Source of the DNA: Dehalococcoidia bacterium
GTDB lineage: Bacteria; Chloroflexota; Dehalococcoidia; UBA2979
DNA length: 64,000 nucleotides
Direction: 5' to 3'
NCBI GenBank assembly: GCA_965247925.1
Contig: CBDFIB010000004.1
Coordinates: forward strand, 288,539-352,538
Shown here: positions 1-9,271 of the stretch, one piece after another
Layout of the letters: each line of letters starts with the position of its first letter
Numbering within the stretch: position 1 is the first letter of the stretch
Position numbers and translations under genes: made by a program
Notes under the pieces: generated by a model
Told to the model about the DNA's origin: nothing
The model's input: the letters and a program-made list of their open reading frames with translations, nothing else
Database searches by the model: none

Positions 1-1512
1 GGCGGCGTGCGTGCTGGCGTGGCGGGCGACGCCCTCGAGGCTGCGGGCCGTGTCCAGCAGCTCGTTCACGGCCTCGTCCTCCTCGGCGGCGCGGCGCAGG
101 TCCTCGACCTCGTCGAGCGCCCGCTTGAGGGTGATGCCGAGCGAGTTCGGCACGAGCCGGGCGACGCGGTCGACCTCGCCGTAGGACATGCCGAGGGCGC
201 GCCCGCTATCGCGGATCGCGGCCTTCGCGCCGAGCGTCCCGAAGGTGACGATCTGCGCGACGCGGTCGCGGCCGTAGCGTTCGGCGGCGTAGCGGATCAC
301 CTCCTCGCGGCGGTCGTCGGCGAAGTCGAAGTCGACGTCCGGCATCTCGCGCCGCTCGGGGTTGAGGAAGCGCTCGAAGACCAGCCGGTACTGCGTCGGC
401 TCGATGTCGGTGACGTCGAGGCAGTAGAGCACGATCGAGGCGGCTGCCGAGCCGCGCACGCCCATCGGGATGCGCTGCTCGTGTGCGAAGCGGGCGATGT
501 CGCGGACGATCAGGATGTACTCGGCGAACCCGGTCTCGGCGATCACCTCGAGCTCGTAGTGCAGCCGCTCGCGCTGCGCCTCGCCCGGATCGTGGTAACG
601 CCGCTCGAGGCCTTCCTCGCAGAGCCGCCGCAGGTAGTCGTCGGCGGTCATGCCCTCGGGAATGCCGGGGTCCGGCAGCAGCGTGCGCCCGAAGTCGAGG
701 CGGATGTCGACCTGCTCGGCGATGCGCGCGGTGGCGTCGCAGGCCTCGGGCAGCTCGGGCATGAGCGCCCGCATCTCCTCCTCGGAGCGCAGGTAGAAGG
801 TGCCGCCCTCGAGCTTCATGCGATCGGTCTCGTGAATCGTCGAGTTCGTGCCGATGCAGAGCAGCACGTCGTGCGGGTGCTCCTGCTCGGGCGCCGTGTA
901 GTGCGAGTCGTTGGTCAGCACCAGCGGCAGATCGAGGTCGCGCGCGAGCGAGACGAGCCGCGGGTTGAGGCGGCTGAACTGCTCCTGGCCGTGCTCCTGC
1001 AGCTCGACGTAGTAGCGGTCCCGGAAGACGTCGGAGTACCAGCCGAGCGCCTCGCGGGCGTCGGGCTCGCGCTCTTCCTTGAGCGCCGTCCTCACCTCGC
1101 CCGAGGGGCAGGCGGAGAGCGCGATCAGGCCCTCGTTGTGCTGTTCGAGCAGCTCGCGGTCGACGCGCGGGCGGTAGTAGAAGCCCTCGAGGTGGGAGGC
1201 GGTGGAGAGCTTGAGCAGGTTGCGGTAGCCGGTCTCGTTCTGCGCGAGCAGGGTGAGGTGGAAGGGCGTGCGCGAGGCGGCGCCGCGGTCGAAGCGGCTG
1301 CCCGGCGCCACGTAGCCCTCGAGGCCGATGATCGGCTTGATCCCGTTGGCGCGTGCCTCCTCGTAGAACTGGAGGGCGCCGTGCAGGTTGCCGTGGTCGG
1401 TGATCGCGAGCGCGTCCTGTCCGAGCGCCTTCGCGCGCGCGACGAGGTCGGGGATGGTGCTGAGCCCGTCCAGCAGTGAGTACTCGGTGTGGGTATGGAG
1501 GTGCGTGAACAT
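1..1512 (-). CDS. dnaE: DNA polymerase III alpha subunit DnaE, N-terminal PHP-domain part; start codon at 1510-1512, gene runs off the window start
   Basis: Reverse-strand translation from 1512 reads MFTHLHTHTEYSLLDGLSTIPDLVARAKALGQDALAITDHGNLHGALQFYEEARANGIKPIIGLEGYV..., the canonical DnaE PHP N-terminus. The ORF track misses it because it exits the window. Confidence 0.9.
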   Translation of the reverse strand, partial: MFTHLHTHTEYSLLDGLSTIPDLVARAKALGQDALAITDHGNLHGALQFYEEARANGIKPIIGLEGYVAPGSRFDRGAASRTPFHLTLLAQNETGYRNLLKLSTASHLEGFYYRPRVDRELLEQHNEGLIALSACPSGEVRTALKEEREPDAREALGWYSDVFRDRYYVELQEHGQEQFSRLNPRLVSLARDLDLPLVLTNDSHYTAPEQEHPHDVLLCIGTNSTIHETDRMKLEGGTFYLRSEEEMRALMPELPEACDATARIAEQVDIRLDFGRTLLPDPGIPEGMTADDYLRRLCEEGLERRYHDPGEAQRERLHYELEVIAETGFAEYILIVRDIARFAHEQRIPMGVRGSAAASIVLYCLDVTDIEPTQYRLVFERFLNPERREMPDVDFDFADDRREEVIRYAAERYGRDRVAQIVTFGTLGAKAAIRDSGRALGMSYGEVDRVARLVPNSLGITLKRALDEVEDLRRAAEEDEAVNELLDTARSLEGVARHASTHAA

Positions 1513-1670
1513 CGGCTCTTTGGTACCGACAATCTGCTTATGTCGTTACGCGAACGCGCGTGCGGGGCCTGCCCGCAGGGTGCCGGATCAGGGGGTGCGC
1601 TGTCAATGGCGGGGTGGCGGTTGCAACGCTCCTGAGACGGCGTTGTGGCGAAGTCCAAACCAGGGACGGA

Positions 1671-2144
1671 TTAGTCGAATATCCAGCCCTCAGCCTGTAT
1701 GAGGCCGATTAGCCCGGTGTGAAGGATGTCCAGTGCGTCACATACGGAGGGGATCTTCGGACTCCTTGCAGTCCCACCCTTCTCGCCAGTCACAACGGTA
1801 GCTCCTCGGAGGCGGGCCACCGCTATGACGAACGGATCGGCGCGATTGCGTCGGGTACCCGACATGACTAGGCGCTCGTGGGAAGCCAGGATTTGGCGGA
1901 CATCCTGCGCGACGAAGTTGTCGGTGTGGACGATGATCCCATCTCGCCTGTCGTTCAGCCACTCCTTCAGCGAGTCGTCATGCTCATCGATCTCTTCGAA
2001 TACCTCCTCAGAAACCAGAAAACGCCGCTCGTCAGCCAAAGCGTCGATTCGCTCCCAGAAGCGCGGGAAGTGATCAGGGGGATAGTGGCGGATCCACCCA
2101 TCCATCAGCGCGCTCGAGTCGATAGAGTACTTCGTCGATGTCAT
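1671..2144 (-). CDS. DUF4411-family protein (PIN-like), partner of the upstream ImmA/IrrE peptidase
   Basis: 157 aa with the FPRFWERID motif typical of DUF4411 (FPGFWDWL-like). 4-nt ATGA overlap with the upstream gene. GC about 58% against ~70% for the window. Confidence 0.75.
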   Translation of the reverse strand: MTSTKYSIDSSALMDGWIRHYPPDHFPRFWERIDALADERRFLVSEEVFEEIDEHDDSLKEWLNDRRDGIIVHTDNFVAQDVRQILASHERLVMSGTRRNRADPFVIAVARLRGATVVTGEKGGTARSPKIPSVCDALDILHTGLIGLIQAEGWIFD

Positions 2145-3364
2145 CGAAGGACGGCGTCGAGGGCCGCGAGCTGGCTGTAACGGATTCCAAGATAGTCAGC
2201 CACGTCGAGTGAACTGATCCGGTCGCTTTGGTACGCGCCTATCACACTCGATGCGTACCCATGTCCGAGATCGCGGGCCTTGACCACGTAGTACGGGGGC
2301 CCTCCATCCGACTCGCGATTCCGTTGGTGCTCCCGCTCGCGCGCCTCCTCGTAGGCAGAGTCCAGATCCGGCTTGCGAGCCCAGTACACGTTCCACGAGG
2401 CACGATCCAGACTCACGAGGCGCAGGAGTACCGCCTCCGACGAAACCCCGTACCTCCTCGAGAGCGTTGCGAGGTCTTCTAGTGGCCACCAGTGATCGGA
2501 CCCCTGATCGCGAACGAGAATATCGTCCAGTAGCGCTTCCCTTGGAAGCAATGTGCTCGCTGCGATTGCGTTGCAGCGATGCTCGATCGCTGCGTTGCTT
2601 GGCAAGCGGCTCTCGCGAGGATCGGGAGGCTCACGCAGGTCGCAGATTCCGCCGAGGTTTAGTGACAGGTGCGCGAGTTCGTGGAGAAGAGTAAAGAGCC
2701 GCCTGCGGGGTCGATCCGAACCGTTGAGCGCGATCACAGGGAACGGCCAATCGCTGACCGAGAACCCGTGCATCTCGGCCGGCTTTACGTTGCGGGTCTG
2801 TAGCACAAGGATGCCCTTGGCTTCGATAGCAGGGATCCAGAGGTTCAAGGCAGCACCTGGGCCTCCTGCCCGCCGCTGGTCCTCAAGGGCAACCCCGGCG
2901 AACTCGCGCAGTAATTCGCCAGACAGATCTGGGGTGGCATCAGGTGCCAGCTCCGGCAGGGGGGTTGGGGTGGCGAGCGAGTCGCTGCTGATATCGTAGA
3001 GATCAAGCAGCACGTCGCGTTGGGCCAGAGCTCGACCGAACTCGGCCAAGAGCTCGGGACTGGGCCTTGGAGGCCCGGCTCCGGCTGTACGGAAGTCGCG
3101 CAGCGCGTCGAACCCTTGCTCGTTTGGTGGGTCGGACAAGAGCAACACCGCAAGCGGTCGGTGGTAGACCTTTCCCGCCTTCCGGAGTTGGACGAGCGTC
3201 GGTGCTAGGTCGCCGGATTCCCATCGCTGCAATGTCGAGAGCGAAACGCCGACTTTCTTTGCAGCGCGAGCTTTGTCCAGGCCTGCGCTCAGGCGTGCCC
3301 ACGTGATGACCCGCGGTTCGACGGCAATGCGTACGGTCGCCAACGTACCCCTCCGGTTCCGCAT
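2141..3364 (-). CDS. HTH (XRE) domain fused to an ImmA/IrrE-family (COG2856) zinc metallopeptidase
   Basis: N-terminal HTH (KKVGVSLSTLQRWESG) and a HEXXH motif (LLHELAHLSL) in a 407-aa protein. Forms an operon with the DUF4411 gene. Confidence 0.8.
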   Translation of the reverse strand: MRNRRGTLATVRIAVEPRVITWARLSAGLDKARAAKKVGVSLSTLQRWESGDLAPTLVQLRKAGKVYHRPLAVLLLSDPPNEQGFDALRDFRTAGAGPPRPSPELLAEFGRALAQRDVLLDLYDISSDSLATPTPLPELAPDATPDLSGELLREFAGVALEDQRRAGGPGAALNLWIPAIEAKGILVLQTRNVKPAEMHGFSVSDWPFPVIALNGSDRPRRRLFTLLHELAHLSLNLGGICDLREPPDPRESRLPSNAAIEHRCNAIAASTLLPREALLDDILVRDQGSDHWWPLEDLATLSRRYGVSSEAVLLRLVSLDRASWNVYWARKPDLDSAYEEAREREHQRNRESDGGPPYYVVKARDLGHGYASSVIGAYQSDRISSLDVADYLGIRYSQLAALDAVLR

Positions 3365-3449
3365 GATACGACCGGAATGAGATCGTGACTCACTGCCTCA
3401 GTGGACAGCGGATCGACTTGGGGAGGCGGAGCGAGTGCCGGAGCGCCCG

Positions 3450-4622
3450 CTAGCGCGGAAGCCCGAGGCCGCGCTGGGCGATGATGTTGCGCTGGATCTC
3501 GGAGGTGCCCGCCTCGATCGTGGCGCCGGTCGAGGTGAGGTAGTGGCGGGCGAAGGCGCCGCCGATCGGCGCGCCGCCGCCGCCGGGGGCGATCAGGCCT
3601 GCGAGTCCTAAGAGGCGCACGCCCGTGCCGGCGATGCGCTGCGTAAGTTCCGAGCCGTACACCTTCGAGACCGAGGCTTCGTGGTTCGGGGAGATGCCCT
3701 GCGTCTGCATCCAGGGGATGCGCTGCGCGACGTTGAAGCCGACCTCCAGCTCGATCCAGCGGTCCGCCAGCTCGTAGCGCACCTGCTCGCGGCGCTCGCC
3801 CTCGCCGGCGTGCTCGTGCGCGAAGCTCACGAGGCCCTCGATGTGGCGGCGGCCGCGCGCGAAGGCGGCAACGCCCGAGCGCTCGAAGTCGAGCGACGAG
3901 GCGACGTGGTACCAGCCGCGGTGCTCCGGGCCGACGCGCTGCTCGATCGGGATGCGCACGTCGTGGAGCAGCACCTCGGAGAGCTGGCGCTCGCCGGCGA
4001 GGTTCTCGATCGGGCGGATCTCGACGCCGGGCGTGTCCATCGGCAGGGCGAAGGTGGAGAGGCCGCGGTGCTTGGGTGCGCCCGGGTCGGTGCGGGCGGC
4101 GAGCCAGCCCATGGTCGCGCGCTCCGCGCCGGCGACCCAGGTCTTGAGGCCGTTGATCACGTACTCGTCGCCGTCGCGCACGGCGCGCGTCTGGATCGAG
4201 GCGAGGTCGGAGCCCGCGCCCGGCTCGGAGTAGAGGGCGCACCAGCGGTCCTCGCCGGCGGCGATGCGCGGCAGGTAGAGCCGCCGTTGCTCCTCGCTGC
4301 CGTGTTGCATGATCGCGGGGCCGGCCGAGGTGACGCCGACGCCGCCTCCGCCGGGCGCGTCCTGGTAGGCGAGCTCCTCGTTGAGCACGTACTGCTGCAG
4401 GTAGGAGGCGTCGAGGCCGCCGTGCTCGCGCGGCCAGGCCATCGCCAGCCAGCGCCGATCGCCGAGCGCGCGGGCGACGCGTTGCGCGAGGGCGGCGCGC
4501 TCGTCGGAGTCGGCGGGCTCGATCAGGCCTCGCTGGGACCAGTCGGCGGGCAACAGGTCGGCGAGGACGGCGCGCAAGTCCTGGCGGAAGCGCTCCTCCT
4601 CGGGGGAGAGGGCGAAGTCCAT
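3450..4622 (-). CDS. acyl-CoA dehydrogenase family protein
   Basis: 390 aa. ACAD motifs: YSEPGAGSDLASIQTRA, the C-terminal SEIQRNIIAQRGLGLPR signature, and a DEYVINGLKTWV region. Confidence 0.9.
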   Translation of the reverse strand: MDFALSPEEERFRQDLRAVLADLLPADWSQRGLIEPADSDERAALAQRVARALGDRRWLAMAWPREHGGLDASYLQQYVLNEELAYQDAPGGGGVGVTSAGPAIMQHGSEEQRRLYLPRIAAGEDRWCALYSEPGAGSDLASIQTRAVRDGDEYVINGLKTWVAGAERATMGWLAARTDPGAPKHRGLSTFALPMDTPGVEIRPIENLAGERQLSEVLLHDVRIPIEQRVGPEHRGWYHVASSLDFERSGVAAFARGRRHIEGLVSFAHEHAGEGERREQVRYELADRWIELEVGFNVAQRIPWMQTQGISPNHEASVSKVYGSELTQRIAGTGVRLLGLAGLIAPGGGGAPIGGAFARHYLTSTGATIEAGTSEIQRNIIAQRGLGLPR

Positions 4623-4813
4623 GGCGGGGGCGCACCTCCGGCGGTCGGGCGAGTGCCGTGCGGATGCGTCATGGTACCATCGACGAAGCCCCGGCCCATC
4701 CTCGTCAAGCGGCGTTCGGAGCGCCCGGGGCAGCCCGCCCGCGTGCGCAGCGGCGTGCGGAGAAGGGGTCGAGGGAAGTGCGCGGATCGGGTGGCGGGGT
4801 CGTGTTTCGCGAG

Positions 4814-5746
4814 ATGGCCGTCTTCACGGGCAACGCTCACCGCTCGTTTGCGGAGGCGGTCTGCCGTCACCTCGAGATGCCGCTCGGCGCCTGCGAGGTG
4901 TTCGAGTTCTCCAACGAGAACATCTTCGTCCGCTTCCTGCAGAACATCCGTGAGCGCGACGTCTTCCTGATTCAGCCCATCGCCTCGCCGGTGAACACGC
5001 GGCTGATGGAGCTGCTGATCATGATCGACGCGGCGAAGCGCGCCTCGGCCGGACGCATCACCGCGGTGGTCCCCTACTTCGCCTACGGCCGCTCGGACAA
5101 GAAGGACCAGCCGCACGTGCCGATCAGCGCGCGCATGATCGCCAACTTCATCGAGGTCGCCGGGGCCGACCGGCTGCTGACGATGGATCTGCACGCCGGC
5201 CAGATCCAGGGCTTCTTCAACATCCCCGTGGACGAGCTGCACGCGCAGCCGCTGATCGCCGAGTACTTCCGTTCCCTCAACCTCGCCAACCCCGTCGTCG
5301 TCGCCACCGATGTCGGCGGAGCGAAGGGCGCGCGTGATGTCGCCGAGCGGCTGGGCGCGGGCCTGGCGATCGTCGACAAGCGGCGCTCCGGCAACGACGA
5401 ACGGGCCGAGGCGCTGACGCTGATCGGCGACGCAGAGAACGCCGACGCGGTGATCATCGACGACGAGATCCTGACCGGCGGCACGGTGGCGAGCGCCCTT
5501 GAGCTGCTGCGGCAGCACCGGGCGCGCTCGATCTATGTCGGTTGCGTGCACCAGCTCTTCGCGGGGGCGGCCTTCGAGCGGCTGGACACGCGGGAGATCT
5601 CGGAGATTGTCTTCACGGACACGCTGCCGATCGACGATGGGGCGTTCAGTCAGGCGCCCACAAAGGTGCTCTCGGTCGCGCCGCTGTTCGGCGACGCGAT
5701 GCACCGCATCCACACCGGGGGCTCGATCAGCGACCTGTTCCGCTGA
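4814..5746 (+). CDS. prs: ribose-phosphate pyrophosphokinase (PRPP synthetase)
   Basis: MAVFTGNAHRSFAEAVCRHLEMPLG...DLHAGQIQGFF...VVATDVGGAKGARDV is canonical Prs. Start moved to the internal ATG at 4814 inside ORF 4658..5746. Confidence 0.9.
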   Translation: MAVFTGNAHRSFAEAVCRHLEMPLGACEVFEFSNENIFVRFLQNIRERDVFLIQPIASPVNTRLMELLIMIDAAKRASAGRITAVVPYFAYGRSDKKDQPHVPISARMIANFIEVAGADRLLTMDLHAGQIQGFFNIPVDELHAQPLIAEYFRSLNLANPVVVATDVGGAKGARDVAERLGAGLAIVDKRRSGNDERAEALTLIGDAENADAVIIDDEILTGGTVASALELLRQHRARSIYVGCVHQLFAGAAFERLDTREISEIVFTDTLPIDDGAFSQAPTKVLSVAPLFGDAMHRIHTGGSISDLFR

Positions 5747-5766
5747 GCCGCCCCTGAGGAGACAGC

Positions 5767-8361
5767 ATGGCCTTCGGCGTTCTGAGGAAGCTGGTCGGCG
5801 ACCCCAACGAGCGCGCGCTCAAGCAGATCGCGCCGCTGGTCCGGGAGATCAACGACCTCGAGCCTGAGATCACGGCGCTCAGCGACGAGGCGCTGTGCGA
5901 GCGTACGGATCGCTTCCGCGCGCGCCTGCGCGACGGCGAGACGCTGGACGACATGCTCGCGGAGGCGCTCGCCGTCGCCCGCGAGGCGGTCCACCGTCAT
6001 GTCGGCGAGCGCGCCTACGACGTGCAGCTCACCGGCGCCGTCGCGCTGCACCGCGGCAACGTCACCGAGATGCGCACCGGCGAGGGCAAGACGCTCGTCG
6101 CCACGCTCGCGCTCTACGTGAACGCCCTCGAGGGCGAGGGCGCGCACCTGGTCACGGTCAACGACTATCTGGCGGGACGCGAGCCGCAGTGGTACGGGCC
6201 GGCGCTCGACGCGCTGGGCCTGACCCTGGGCGTGATCCAGCACGAGGGCGCTTCCGTCTACTCGCGCGAGCGCATCTCCGAGCAGCCGGGCCGCGAGCAC
6301 CTGCTGGCCGTCCCGCGCCGCGAGGCCTACCAGGCGGACGTGACCTACGGCACGAACAACGAGTTCGGCTTCGACTATCTGCGCGACAACATGGTGCAGG
6401 TGGCGGATCAACGCGTGCAGCGCAGCCGCCACTACGCGATCGTCGACGAGGCGGACTCGGTGCTGATCGACGAGGCGCGGACGCCGCTGATCATCTCCGG
6501 CGCGCAGCAGGACGACCTCTCGCTTTACCCGCGCTTCAACGCGCTGGTGCCGCGCCTGCAGCGCGACACGCACTACACGGTCGAGGAGCGCACACGCTCG
6601 GTGCACCTCACCGAGGCGGGCATCGAGGCCCTCGAGCGTGGGCTGGGCATCGACAACATCTTCTCCACGGAGCACTTCCGGCTGACGCGCTACATGGAGG
6701 CGGCGCTCAAGGCGCACATCATCTACCAGCGCGACCGCGAGTACGTGGTGAGCGACGGCCACGTCGTGATCGTCGACGAGTTCACGGGCCGCCTGATGGA
6801 GGGACGCCGCTGGTCTGACGGGCTGCACCAGGCCGTCGAGGCCAAGGAGGGCGTGAAGGTCCAGCAGGAGTCCGTGACCTACGCGACGATCACGCTCCAG
6901 AACTTCTTCCGCCTCTACGAGAAGCTCGCCGGCATGACCGGCACCGCCGTCACCGACGCCGAGGAGCTGCACGAGATCTACGGTCTCGAGGTGATCGTCG
7001 TGCCGACGAATCTGCCGATGGTCCGCGAAGACATGTCGGACCTCGTCTACCGCTCGCAGCGCGAGAAGTTCGAGGCGGTGATCGAGGATGTGCTGGAGCG
7101 CCACCGCGAGGAGCGCCCGGTCCTCGTCGGCACGGTCTCGATCGAGGACTCCGAGCACCTCGCGGATCTGCTGCAGCGCCGCGGCGTGGAGCACGAGGTG
7201 CTGAACGCGAAGCAGCACCAGCGCGAGGCGGCGATCATCGCGCGCGCCGGGCAGCCCGGCGCGGTCACGATCGCCACGAACATGGCCGGACGCGGCACCG
7301 ACATCAAGCTCGGCGCGGGCGTCGCCACCAACGGCGGCCTGCACATCATCGGCACCGAGCGCCACGAGTCGCGACGCGTCGACAACCAGCTCCGAGGGCG
7401 CTCCGGCCGCCAGGGCGACCCCGGCTCCTCGCGCTTCTTCGTCTCTTTCGAGGACGACGTGATGAAGCGCTTCGCGCCGGACTGGATGCCGGGCATGATG
7501 AGCAAGCTCGGCATGAGCGAGGGCATGCCGCTCGAATCGAAGATGGTCACGCGCGCCATCGAGTCCGCGCAGGCGCGCGTCGAGGCGTACCACTTTGACA
7601 CCCGCAAGCACGTCGTCGAGTACGACGACGTAATGAACCAGCATCGCGACGTGATCTACGGCGAGCGCAACAAGGTGCTCGCGGGCGAGTCGATGCGCGA
7701 GAGCGTGCTGGGGATGGTGCACGACGAGATCGAGGCGCTGGCGCGCGAGCACATCGAGAACGCGCCCGCCGATCCGGACGCCTTCCACCTCGCACTGCAG
7801 GCGATCGTGCCGCTGCGCAGCGCGCTGCCGATCGACGAGGTGCGCAACCGCCCCGTAGAGGCGCTGCTGGAAGAGGTCGGCGAGCTCGTGGGTGAGCGCT
7901 ACGAGGAACTCGAGGACGAGGTCGGCGAGGAGGCGCAGCGGCAGCTCGAGCGCTTCGTGCTGCTGCGCACGATCGACCTGCTCATGGTGCAGCACCTCAC
8001 CGCCGTCGCCGAGCTGCGCCAGGGCATCGGACTGCGCGCCTACGGCCAGGCGAACCCGCTCGTCGCCTACAAGCACGAGGCGCACGACATGTGGGAGCAG
8101 TTGCTCGGCAACATCCGCGCGGCGGTCGCTCGCCAGATCTTCCACGTGCGCCCGGTCGCGATGCCTCGGGCGGAGCCGATCATCCCGCGCAACGCGCTGG
8201 CGTCCGGCCCGGGCGACCCGGACGGGGCCGAGGACGATGGCGGAGGCGGCGGCGTGGCGACGGCGACGCGGCGGACGCGCGTGCGCAAGGTAGGCCGCAA
8301 CGCGCCCTGCCCTTGCGGCTCCGGCAAGAAGTACAAGCGCTGCCACGGGGGCTCGATATGA
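5767..8361 (+). CDS. secA: preprotein translocase subunit SecA
   Basis: 864 aa. MAFGVLRKLVGDPNERALK..., Walker/DEAD-like motifs, and the C-terminal zinc-binding tail CPCGSGKKYKRCHG. Confidence 0.95.
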   Translation: MAFGVLRKLVGDPNERALKQIAPLVREINDLEPEITALSDEALCERTDRFRARLRDGETLDDMLAEALAVAREAVHRHVGERAYDVQLTGAVALHRGNVTEMRTGEGKTLVATLALYVNALEGEGAHLVTVNDYLAGREPQWYGPALDALGLTLGVIQHEGASVYSRERISEQPGREHLLAVPRREAYQADVTYGTNNEFGFDYLRDNMVQVADQRVQRSRHYAIVDEADSVLIDEARTPLIISGAQQDDLSLYPRFNALVPRLQRDTHYTVEERTRSVHLTEAGIEALERGLGIDNIFSTEHFRLTRYMEAALKAHIIYQRDREYVVSDGHVVIVDEFTGRLMEGRRWSDGLHQAVEAKEGVKVQQESVTYATITLQNFFRLYEKLAGMTGTAVTDAEELHEIYGLEVIVVPTNLPMVREDMSDLVYRSQREKFEAVIEDVLERHREERPVLVGTVSIEDSEHLADLLQRRGVEHEVLNAKQHQREAAIIARAGQPGAVTIATNMAGRGTDIKLGAGVATNGGLHIIGTERHESRRVDNQLRGRSGRQGDPGSSRFFVSFEDDVMKRFAPDWMPGMMSKLGMSEGMPLESKMVTRAIESAQARVEAYHFDTRKHVVEYDDVMNQHRDVIYGERNKVLAGESMRESVLGMVHDEIEALAREHIENAPADPDAFHLALQAIVPLRSALPIDEVRNRPVEALLEEVGELVGERYEELEDEVGEEAQRQLERFVLLRTIDLLMVQHLTAVAELRQGIGLRAYGQANPLVAYKHEAHDMWEQLLGNIRAAVARQIFHVRPVAMPRAEPIIPRNALASGPGDPDGAEDDGGGGGVATATRRTRVRKVGRNAPCPCGSGKKYKRCHGGSI

Positions 8362-9236
8362 GCGCCGCACAGGGTGGTTCGCGGCGGGGGGCCGCCACCA
8401 CAAAGCCCAGCAGCGCCGCGCCGCGCGAGTCCGTGCACGTGGACTTCGCAGCCAGCGGGTCCGACCCGGCCGACGGGGAGGCTCCCCCGCCGCTCGATGC
8501 CGAAGCGGGAGTCCGCACGTTCCTCGAGGCGGTCAAGCAGGGCGAGCCGTGGTACCCGGCGATGCTCGACGTGATCGCGCGCTGGGTGACGCCGGAGGAG
8601 CAGGTCAAGGGCGTGGTCTACCGCTACCTGATCGCCGGCGAGGCCTTCGACTGGCTGCGCCTCGCGGAGCGCCTGATCGGCGCCGCGGGCAAGGCGATCC
8701 CGGCCGCCGAGGCGGAGCGGCTGCTGTTCGACGGCTTGCCGCCGCCCGGCCATGACGAGAGCGAGGAGGCGTTCGCCCGCGCGATCGGCCACGAGAAGCA
8801 TCGCGCGCACCTCAACTTCCAGTACGGCGTGACCGTCGAGGAGGTGCTGCTGCTGCAGGCGGAGCTGGACCTCGTGAAGGCGCGCAACCTCGACGGCCCG
8901 CGCGGAACGCCGCCCGACATCGCGGCCTACGAACGCGTCTACGGCCGCTCGCTGGACGAGCTGATCGTCGAGTACCGGGCGGAGACCGGCCAGGCGATGC
9001 CGCAGCGGGTGCTGCAATCGCAGTTGCGCGCCTTCACCTACTGGTGCTCGAAGTTCCGCTTCCGCCTCGCCGAACCGGCGCGCGTCGCCTCGGACACGCG
9101 CAGGGCGCTGGCGCTGCTCTCGCGCATGGAGGCGGAGCGCATCCCGCGCGAGCGCCGCCTGCCCGGCGTCGACCGCGAGGTGATCGAGGCGAGGGCGCGG
9201 GCTCCACGGCGCCGCAGCCGCGCGAAGGCGCGCTAG
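8358..9236 (+). CDS. hypothetical protein, translationally coupled to secA
   Basis: ATG at 8358 overlaps the secA stop (ATGA). 292-aa coding-like ORF with no recognisable motifs. Confidence 0.5.
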   Translation: MSAAQGGSRRGAATTKPSSAAPRESVHVDFAASGSDPADGEAPPPLDAEAGVRTFLEAVKQGEPWYPAMLDVIARWVTPEEQVKGVVYRYLIAGEAFDWLRLAERLIGAAGKAIPAAEAERLLFDGLPPPGHDESEEAFARAIGHEKHRAHLNFQYGVTVEEVLLLQAELDLVKARNLDGPRGTPPDIAAYERVYGRSLDELIVEYRAETGQAMPQRVLQSQLRAFTYWCSKFRFRLAEPARVASDTRRALALLSRMEAERIPRERRLPGVDREVIEARARAPRRRSRAKAR

Positions 9237-9271
9237 CCGACCGGCGGGTCGCGGAGCCATGGCACAGGTCT

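Noticed and set aside
7-1479. 490-aa plus-strand ORF at the window start
   Set aside because: It lies antisense to the clearly recognisable dnaE N-terminus (MFTHLHTHTEYSLLDG...) and is Ala/Arg/Val-rich as expected for a shadow frame in 70% GC DNA.
3289-4635. 448-aa Arg-rich minus-strand ORF overlapping the acyl-CoA dehydrogenase
   Set aside because: An alternative frame of the same strand as the ACAD gene. The composition (R, P, A runs) is typical of off-frame GC-rich translation, and the ACAD frame carries all the family motifs.
5650-8403. 917-aa minus-strand ORF
   Set aside because: Antisense to secA over its entire length. secA is unambiguous.
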